Under the pieces are notes generated by a model, which had not been told where the DNA came from, ran no database searches, and worked only from the letters and a program-made list of their open reading frames with translations. Below are positions 57,976-64,000 of a stretch of 64,000 nt of DNA, piece by piece; the first letter of the stretch is position 1; every line of letters starts with the position of its first letter. Made by a program: the position numbers and the translations under genes. The stretch comes from an uncultured virus (IMG/VR IMGVR_UViG_3300042691_006655) (lineage: Duplodnaviria; Heunggongvirae; Uroviricota; Caudoviricetes), in the IMG/VR virus record IMGVR_UViG_3300042691_006655. One strand, written 5' to 3'.

Positions 57976-58160
57976 TATTACTCAGTCATGAGGCATTAGA
58001 GAATTATTATAAAATGAATTTCTCTCTGATGCAATATCACAAATATTCGTTGGCTGAGTTAGAAGAAATGATACCATTTGAAAGAGAGGTATATGTATAC
58101 ATGTTGATACAATATCTCGAAGAAGAAAAGAAAAGAATAGAATCTAAAACGAGGGTATAA
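57972..58160 (+). CDS. gp51-like short ORF (missed by the ORF track), probably also or mainly the -1 frameshift extension of gp26; first ATG at 58014
   Basis: -1 frame reads LVLLSHEALENYYKMNFSLMQYHKYSLAELEEMIPFEREVYVYMLIQYLEEEKKRIESKTRV; its TAA overlaps the next ATG (TAATG). Confidence 0.85.
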   Translation, partial: LVLLSHEALENYYKMNFSLMQYHKYSLAELEEMIPFEREVYVYMLIQYLEEEKKRIESKTRV

Positions 58161-60166
58161 TGACAGTTATAACTGCATCACCAAAAGGTTTCAATAGAAT
58201 GCTAGAATTACAAGAGCAGGCTAATGTTCATTTAATGACCATGGCAAAAGTTCTTGAAACTATGAAGTCTGTTGATATGGCTGCACTAATAGAGACTAAA
58301 AAACTTGAAAATAATAACAAAGCAAATTTAGAAAATGCAGATAAAAGTCTAAAAATACAAAATGAACAGCTAAAACTTGAAAAACAAAGTTTAACATCTC
58401 AAAGAGATCTTATAAAATCTTTAAAAGATCAAGATAGAATTAGATCAAAAGAATCTGAGGCTATTAAAAATATAGCAGAGAGCATGGAAACTTTTAAAAC
58501 CATGGGTGATAAGTTAGAAGAAATTAAAAAAGGATTTAAAGAAAAATTTAGTGCCCAAGGAATAAGAGAAGGTTTACTTAACAAACTTAATATTGGTGGC
58601 ATTTTTAATAAAGCATTATCTCGTGAAAAATTCATTAAACAACAAAAAGCATTGGGATCAGAAAAATCTAGATCTGAACTCAAACAAGATTTTGAAGGTG
58701 CTCAAAAAGCATCCAAAGATATAAAGAAAAATGAAAAAGAATTAGCCGAATACAAGAAAGTAACTGGATTATCTGATTCTGAACTAGCAAAAACAAAAGA
58801 AGGTAAACGATTACTTGCAAAAAGACAAGAATCTACCGATGAGTATGCAAAATATGATAAACGTGCTGAACTCGTAAGACAAGAGAATCCATCTTTTAAA
58901 CCTCTTGATAAAAATACTGATCTCATTAAGAAAGAAACGCCAACTCAATTACATGCTGATAAAAGTGAACAAGAAGAAACTATGCTTGAACAAAACAAGA
59001 TGGTTGGTGAACAAACAGATTTACTTAAAGCAATTGCTGAGAATACTGGTGGTGAAAAGAAAGATACTACAAGAACAAAACCAAAAGAAGAACAGAAAGA
59101 TACTGGTGGCGGGGGGCTATTAGGTAAGTTAATGGGTGGTGGTGGAATGGGTAAGGCTCTTAGCTCGCTGAAAGATTTTGGTATTGGTATTGTTTTGGTC
59201 GCTGGTGGACTTTGGGTAGCATCTAAGGCATTTAAAAGTTTTGGAGATGTTGAGTGGGATGATGTTGGCAAAGGTGTAGTTGTTTTAGGTGCACTCGTTG
59301 CTGCTGCAGTAGGACTGGATAAAATGAAAGGATCAATATTAAAAGGTGCTTTCGTTTTAGGTGCTTTATCTTTAGCAACATATGGTATTAGTCAAGTATT
59401 TAAAACATTCTCCGAACTAGATTGGGAAACTATCGGTAAGGGAATGACAGCGATCGCTGGGTTGGGTGTAATTGGCGCATTAGCTGGAGCTGCTGCACCA
59501 TTATTATTAAAAGGTGCTCTAGCAATGGGTGCTTTAGGTGGTGCTTTGTGGGTTATTGGCGAAGCAATGCAAGCTGTCGGACAAGGATTTCAAGACTTAA
59601 CAGATGGTCTTGAAAGATTATCTCAATTAGATGGTGGTAATCTATTAAAAGTTGCTGGTGGGGTACTTGCTCTAAGTGGTGCTATGGTAGCATTTGGTGC
59701 TTCTCAAGCAGTTGCTGGTGTTGGTAATCTTGTTGGTAGATTACTAACGATTGGAACAGATTCTCCAGTTGATCAACTAATAAAAATTGGTGACAGAGGA
59801 GAAGGAATAGAAAAAGCAGCAAATGGCATGGAAAAATTAGGTTCTGCCATGGTTGCTTTTAATAAAGTAGATAAAAAATCAATGGATGTTGTTAATGACT
59901 TCCCATGGCTAAAGGCTACAGCATTTGCTGCAGCAGGTGGTGCTATGCAAGTTGATGGAGTTAAAGTATACAACGCATCAAAGGGTAATGCCGATGAAAA
60001 TGCTAAGACAGAAGTAGCAAAAGGTGGTAATACAAATGTCGTTAACGCACCAGTAAATAATGTCACTAGACAAACCAATATAATAAAACCTGCTATTAGA
60101 AATAGAGAATCCACTCAGGCAAAAGTTCAATGGGAACGAATGGGTGGTGGTGGCAATAATTTCTAA
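58160..60166 (+). CDS. Putative tape measure / baseplate hub protein (gp29-like slot)
   Basis: 668 aa; charged helical N-half, Gly/Ala-rich hydrophobic repeats (FKSFGDVEWDDVGKG / FKTFSELDWETIGKG), NTNVVNAPVNN tail; follows gp26/gp51. Confidence 0.7.
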   Translation: MTVITASPKGFNRMLELQEQANVHLMTMAKVLETMKSVDMAALIETKKLENNNKANLENADKSLKIQNEQLKLEKQSLTSQRDLIKSLKDQDRIRSKESEAIKNIAESMETFKTMGDKLEEIKKGFKEKFSAQGIREGLLNKLNIGGIFNKALSREKFIKQQKALGSEKSRSELKQDFEGAQKASKDIKKNEKELAEYKKVTGLSDSELAKTKEGKRLLAKRQESTDEYAKYDKRAELVRQENPSFKPLDKNTDLIKKETPTQLHADKSEQEETMLEQNKMVGEQTDLLKAIAENTGGEKKDTTRTKPKEEQKDTGGGGLLGKLMGGGGMGKALSSLKDFGIGIVLVAGGLWVASKAFKSFGDVEWDDVGKGVVVLGALVAAAVGLDKMKGSILKGAFVLGALSLATYGISQVFKTFSELDWETIGKGMTAIAGLGVIGALAGAAAPLLLKGALAMGALGGALWVIGEAMQAVGQGFQDLTDGLERLSQLDGGNLLKVAGGVLALSGAMVAFGASQAVAGVGNLVGRLLTIGTDSPVDQLIKIGDRGEGIEKAANGMEKLGSAMVAFNKVDKKSMDVVNDFPWLKATAFAAAGGAMQVDGVKVYNASKGNADENAKTEVAKGGNTNVVNAPVNNVTRQTNIIKPAIRNRESTQAKVQWERMGGGGNNF

Positions 60167-60169
60167 AAT

Positions 60170-60195
60170 AAAAAAGGGGATCTTTTGGATCCCCT
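60170..60195 (-). terminator. Rho-independent terminator after gp32, at the convergence with the plus-strand block
   Basis: AGGGGATC-N5-GATCCCCT stem with an A run on its left (U tract on the minus strand). Confidence 0.85.
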
Positions 60196-60231
60196 CAAAC
60201 TAATAACTCAGGCGAATTGCAGAGTTAGTGT

Positions 60232-61140
60232 TTAATCTTCTTTCGCAATCTTCTCGAAATAAGACATAACATCGTCGTCGTCTTCATCTACACTTTTAGG
60301 TGTAGGTGCAGGTTTTGATGCAATTTTTGGTGCAGAAGCAACTGGTCGATCTTCATCCTGAGCAATTTCTGCTGCAGACTTACCAGCAAAAGTATCTCCA
60401 GATAAAACTTCATTTAGTTTTTTCTTCAACTCATCATAAGATTTGAAATTCTTACGTTCTACAAACTCAGCCAATTTTACCTGTGAGTTTACAATCTTTA
60501 GAAGTTGGCTTTCTTCGTCACTAACAGCACATGGTTCAGTGAAAACTGATTCGTCATAGTTTGCATAACCATCTTTCTTACGCATACGAAGTTTAAAGTT
60601 TGCACCTTCCCACAAATCAAAAACATTGACTGGCTTTTCATCTTCGAAAGTTGGACGTGCTTTGTCCATAATCTTATCAAAGATTTTCTTGCCGAATTTA
60701 AACAAGAATACCTTACCTTCATTCTCTGGATGCTTTGGATCAGACACAACAAGAATGTTGGCAATAAAACTTAGTTTACGCTTTTGTTTACGAGCGATTT
60801 CTTTGTTGGCTTCAGAACCAGAGTTCCAGAGTTGAGTGTTTAGCTCGCCAACAGGATCGTTTTCACCAAGAGTGGTCAAAGAATTCTCAATATACCACTT
60901 ACCAGTTGGACCTTGGAAACCATGAGAGAAGATACGAACCCATGGGAGTTCATCACCTTCTACACGAGGTAGAAAACGAATAGTTGCAGTACCATTACCT
61001 GCTTTGTCGCCTTCTAAACGCCAAAAGCGATCGTCATTATAGGATTTGGTTTCTGTTTGGGGATTTGCGATTTTCTCGAACTCTCCAGCGATTTTGCTGA
61101 AGTCAGAATTGCGCATTTTGCGAAGTGCTTGAATGTCCAT
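60232..61140 (-). CDS. 32: Single-stranded DNA-binding protein
   Basis: DDRFW...DKAGNG.ATIRFLP, HGFQGPTGKWYIENSLTT, FGKKIFDKI, acidic tail DDDDVMSYFEKIA. Confidence 0.97.
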   Translation of the reverse strand: MDIQALRKMRNSDFSKIAGEFEKIANPQTETKSYNDDRFWRLEGDKAGNGTATIRFLPRVEGDELPWVRIFSHGFQGPTGKWYIENSLTTLGENDPVGELNTQLWNSGSEANKEIARKQKRKLSFIANILVVSDPKHPENEGKVFLFKFGKKIFDKIMDKARPTFEDEKPVNVFDLWEGANFKLRMRKKDGYANYDESVFTEPCAVSDEESQLLKIVNSQVKLAEFVERKNFKSYDELKKKLNEVLSGDTFAGKSAAEIAQDEDRPVASAPKIASKPAPTPKSVDEDDDDVMSYFEKIAKED

Positions 61141-61166
61141 CGTATTTTCCTTTGTATAAAATTGTA

Positions 61167-61391
61167 TTACGGATTATCGTTTTGTATATGTTGAATTTCG
61201 ATCTCATCAGTTAGTTCAATATCATCATCAAAGATGTCATCATCAAAGTCAATATCTTCTTCAACATAACTATTTAGCGTTTTCATACCTCCACTTTTAT
61301 GATTATTGGAGTGTTTGGCATGTTTTCCAGTTCGCCCACTGCTTGACTCGTCGTCATAACGACTAGCCTGTTTTCTATAAGTCTTACCCAT
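61167..61391 (-). CDS. Hypothetical protein, basic N-terminus and acidic C-terminus
   Basis: 74 aa, TAATG-coupled to gp59. Confidence 0.6.
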   Translation of the reverse strand: MGKTYRKQASRYDDESSSGRTGKHAKHSNNHKSGGMKTLNSYVEEDIDFDDDIFDDDIELTDEIEIQHIQNDNP

Positions 61392-61999
61392 TATAAAATC
61401 TCTTCTTTAAATGCCTCAAAGATTTTCGATAGTTTAATTTTATCGTATTTAACAAAACCAGTCAATTTTATTACTCGCCTCAATTCATTATCCCAGATAT
61501 ATTTTATTGCATTATTTTCTTTCCATGTTGCAATTAAATCAGTAAATTCATTAATAATGCACAGTGTTTCAATGCAAATCTTACCACCTAAGAATAACTT
61601 TAATGCAACGGGATATTCATTATCAGTAAATGCAAAAATAGCACTATGTTTTAATTTATTAATTTCAATATATGTGATTAATGATGCAAGATCATCTACA
61701 AAAATTTTAGTTATACTTTGTTTTCTTTTAGTCCATTGGGTAAAATTATCTTCAGCTTCTTGGCCAGAATATATTGCAGTATCATTTCCATATGCAAAGT
61801 TAGAAACAAAAAACTGAATTAGTTCTTTATCATCTGGTCTCTTTTGAGCCAGTTTCTCGAAAATGTATCTATCATTCCTAGCATTAAATGCTTCTCGAGT
61901 GCCACGAACATTTCCCCTGTTTTGGAAAACATTAAACTTATCTGTGGTAAAGTGGAGTTTTATTGCTAGGTAATAACGATATGCTTTAAATCCATCCAT
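61391..61999 (-). CDS. 59: Helicase loader
   Basis: AYRYYLAIKLHFTTDKFN, FNARNDRYIFEKL, ICIETL. Confidence 0.9.
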   Translation of the reverse strand: MDGFKAYRYYLAIKLHFTTDKFNVFQNRGNVRGTREAFNARNDRYIFEKLAQKRPDDKELIQFFVSNFAYGNDTAIYSGQEAEDNFTQWTKRKQSITKIFVDDLASLITYIEINKLKHSAIFAFTDNEYPVALKLFLGGKICIETLCIINEFTDLIATWKENNAIKYIWDNELRRVIKLTGFVKYDKIKLSKIFEAFKEEIL

Positions 62000-62214
62000 T
62001 AGACATCAAGTTGTGCTTGTTTAGGCAGATAGTTCAACTCACGAAAATTCATCTCAATTTTATCTTTAAGAGACTTATTAATCAATGATGCAACATCATC
62101 TGGTTCTAGATAATTTTCTTTACAGTATTCTAATACTGCATCCATATAGGAAAGTTTCTTTGCTCGAACCAGATGTTCGATATGAAGAGAAAATTCATTG
62201 GAATTTTTAAACAT
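61999..62214 (-). CDS. 33: Late transcription coactivator
   Basis: FSLHIE, LSYMDAVLEYC, LINKSLKDKIE, LNYLPK. Confidence 0.9.
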   Translation of the reverse strand: MFKNSNEFSLHIEHLVRAKKLSYMDAVLEYCKENYLEPDDVASLINKSLKDKIEMNFRELNYLPKQAQLDV

Positions 62215-62425
62215 GGTGTTCTTTCTTCATCCAATATTCTGTAGTTCTAATCTTATGTTGCACATCATCATATTCTTTAAGTTTGGACTTATATAATTTC
62301 CATATTGGCGTATTGGTCTTTTCACAATCCATCTTACGTTCATATTTTTCAAGAAACATAGAAAAAAACTTATCTAGTTTCATTTTCTGTAAGATTAGTG
62401 ATTGATGTTGTTCTTTCAAGTTCAT
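62207..62425 (-). CDS. Hypothetical protein
   Basis: 72 aa, directly under a sigma70 promoter and overlapping the gp33 start. Confidence 0.65.
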   Translation of the reverse strand: MNLKEQHQSLILQKMKLDKFFSMFLEKYERKMDCEKTNTPIWKLYKSKLKEYDDVQHKIRTTEYWMKKEHHV

Positions 62426-62431
62426 AATATA

Positions 62432-62460
62432 ATTATACTTTATTTTTAGTTAGAAGGCAA
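62432..62460 (-). promoter_or_regulatory. Sigma70-type promoter for the 72-aa ORF-gp33-gp59-gp32 unit
   Basis: TTGCCT (62460-62455), 17 nt, TATAAT (62437-62432). Confidence 0.75.
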
Positions 62461-62646
62461 ATTAAAATCTTTATTATAAAAACCAATATCTAAAATCAAA
62501 CTATCATTTTGGTTCTTCAATTTATTGTTATGTTCTTTCAATGAAAGAATTCGTTCTTTCATGCACTCTGTTTCCCTATGGTGCTTAGATCTCAATAACT
62601 CTAGTTCAGATTCCAAAGCAGCACAATGTGCACAAAATTCTTTCAT
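62446..62646 (-). CDS. Hypothetical small coiled-coil protein with N-terminal CxxC
   Basis: 66 aa, CAHC then heptads; same strand and tight packing as neighbours. Confidence 0.5.
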   Translation of the reverse strand: MKEFCAHCAALESELELLRSKHHRETECMKERILSLKEHNNKLKNQNDSLILDIGFYNKDFNLPSN

Positions 62647-62648
62647 AA

Positions 62649-62948
62649 TTATTCTTCGCCAATATATTCGATAGTATTTCTATACATATCTAAATCAGTT
62701 TTTGTTTTCTTTAAGAAATAATCATGCTCTTTATATTCTTTCTTAACTACTTCAAGTTGTGCTTTTTTAGTATCAAGAATCTTTCTTAATTGTTCTTTAG
62801 CAAGAATGATCTCATGGTCATCTTCAGCAGTTCCTTCAAAAGAAAGAATACGTGTATTGTTTGCTTCTGTTGTAGAAATAAAAGTTTCTAATCTGTCTTT
62901 TAGAGCAGATAGTTCATCGAAACGCTTCACTCTTTGTCTAATTTTCAT
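62649..62948 (-). CDS. Hypothetical coiled-coil protein
   Basis: 99 aa, GAGGA ribosome site; TAAATA-type sequences upstream at 62989-63000. Confidence 0.6.
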   Translation of the reverse strand: MKIRQRVKRFDELSALKDRLETFISTTEANNTRILSFEGTAEDDHEIILAKEQLRKILDTKKAQLEVVKKEYKEHDYFLKKTKTDLDMYRNTIEYIGEE

Positions 62949-62995
62949 ATAATTCCTCTTTGTTTAGTTTAAAGATTACAGACACTGTTATTTAT

Positions 62996-63337
62996 TTATC
63001 GTCTCATTTTTGCAATATCTATCGCTTCTTCATCACTAAAAATAGGAACAGCATTAGACTTATGCATGGTTCCAATACCCTTAATCATAGTTCCAGTATA
63101 CACTTTATCGGGTGCTTTGGTACATGGACCAGCAGTAAAAGGAAGACTTGGAATATTAGGCGTCTCCCGACGAGCAGGTTTTCCAAGTGAGTACACGCTA
63201 CTGAGATCTTTCTTCAATTCAGTTAGATTCTTTGTAGGGTACTTCTTTAACATGGTTTCCCATGATTGTTGCAACTCACGCTGTTTTGCATTAGGTTTCT
63301 TTTTCTTCTTAGAAGAGTTTCTAACATAAATGAACAT
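62996..63337 (-). CDS. Conserved basic hypothetical phage protein
   Basis: YTGTMIKGIGTMHKSNAVPIF...AIDIAKMRR C-terminal motif, recalled from other T4-like phages. Confidence 0.7.
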   Translation of the reverse strand: MFIYVRNSSKKKKKPNAKQRELQQSWETMLKKYPTKNLTELKKDLSSVYSLGKPARRETPNIPSLPFTAGPCTKAPDKVYTGTMIKGIGTMHKSNAVPIFSDEEAIDIAKMRR

Positions 63338-63343
63338 AATATA

Positions 63344-63372
63344 ATTATACCCCAGTTATAGTTGCATGTCAA
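63344..63372 (-). promoter_or_regulatory. Perfect-consensus sigma70 promoter
   Basis: TTGACA (63372-63367), 17 nt, TATAAT (63349-63344). Confidence 0.9.
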
Positions 63373-64000
63373 GCAGTAATCACAAAACCAGTTGTGTCTT
63401 TCTTCGCTTTACCTTTGGCTTTCAAGCCAACGATAACTCCCTTTGCATCTAAGAATCGCAAATCAGTCTCGTCTCCATTAATGACTGGACGACCAAGATA
63501 TGTCTCTGGCACTTTATGAAATACAGCTGCAACATTCATGCCATTTGATAGTGCAATACGAACATCCATATCGTTGCCATCTGCTTTAGAGAATGTCAGG
63601 TGATAATTAGGAATGTGTTTTACTTTACGATTATTTACTTTAGTGTAATCATAGAACTGTACATCAGGGAACATTTGAAATATATTCTTACCATTTGTAA
63701 CTTCATATTTCTCCCATGAAAGATCTGAAGTACCATTCAAACGAAAGACTGGAATGAGTCCTTGTTTTTCTGCTTTGGTTTTTGTTTTGATAATCTCAAC
63801 AACTAACTCATTAAGGAATGCTTGACGATTTTGGAAGAATGCTTTGGTCTTGCGAATTCGTGCTTGCTGAATCACATTAGTAGTTTCACCCTTTTTAATA
63901 ATACCACCTCGACCAGCAGTGTTCAAACATGCTGCAGTGCACCCAGCTGTTCTTTTAGGACAAACTTCTTTACCTGACAAATTGGCAGGGGCGAGATGCA
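63369..64000 (-). CDS. GP88-family protein, 5' end outside the window
   Basis: Frame open to the window edge: HLAPANLSGKEVCP...CTAACLNTAGRG, RLNGTSD, FYDYTK, NYHLTFS, DLRFLD. Confidence 0.75.
   Translation of the reverse strand, partial: HLAPANLSGKEVCPKRTAGCTAACLNTAGRGGIIKKGETTNVIQQARIRKTKAFFQNRQAFLNELVVEIIKTKTKAEKQGLIPVFRLNGTSDLSWEKYEVTNGKNIFQMFPDVQFYDYTKVNNRKVKHIPNYHLTFSKADGNDMDVRIALSNGMNVAAVFHKVPETYLGRPVINGDETDLRFLDAKGVIVGLKAKGKAKKDTTGFVITA

Noticed and set aside
57960..57980. Sequencing error in the T8 run as the cause of the gp26/gp51 split
   Set aside because: gp26 homologues that I recall also end in a GL.xFF-type motif with a separate short downstream ORF, so the stop looks genuine; read-level confirmation is still advisable.
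1..64000. tRNA, CRISPR array, large ncRNA or stop-codon reassignment
   Set aside because: Intergenic gaps are under about 150 nt with no cloverleaf or repeat-spacer pattern; core genes are full length in code 11.

Overview
A 64 kb, AT-rich (roughly one third GC by eye) segment of a large T4-like myovirus genome read in standard code 11, covering most of the virion morphogenesis region. On the minus strand, in window order: gp47 (partial), an AAA+ ATPase, gp55, an Sm-like protein, uvsW, uvsY, gp3, head genes gp23/22/21/67/20, tail gp19/18, terminase gp17, neck gp15/14/13, about 15 kb of fibre/adhesin genes, a 2331-aa DUF4815-type virion protein, baseplate gp8/7/6/25, PAAR, gp5, hub, gp53 and gp48. 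A plus-strand block follows (gp4, gp2, gp54, gp16, gp26, gp51-like, tape-measure-like), then minus-strand gp32, gp59, gp33, small early-type ORFs and a partial GP88-family gene. The strongest unexpected signal is a candidate -1 programmed frameshift fusing gp26 to the gp51-like ORF (GGAGG, 10 nt, T TTT TTT, TAG) directly upstream of the tape-measure gene, the layout of lambda G/GT tail chaperones. Other notable items: a gp5 spike carrying both a GH19 and an M15 peptidase domain, three mosaic fibre paralogues, predicted leaderless mRNAs from two promoter classes, an ORF-less antisense promoter back-to-back with the gp55 promoter, and apparent absence of CCGG. Protein calls come from motif recognition and synteny, not database searches; the host cannot be determined from this window.
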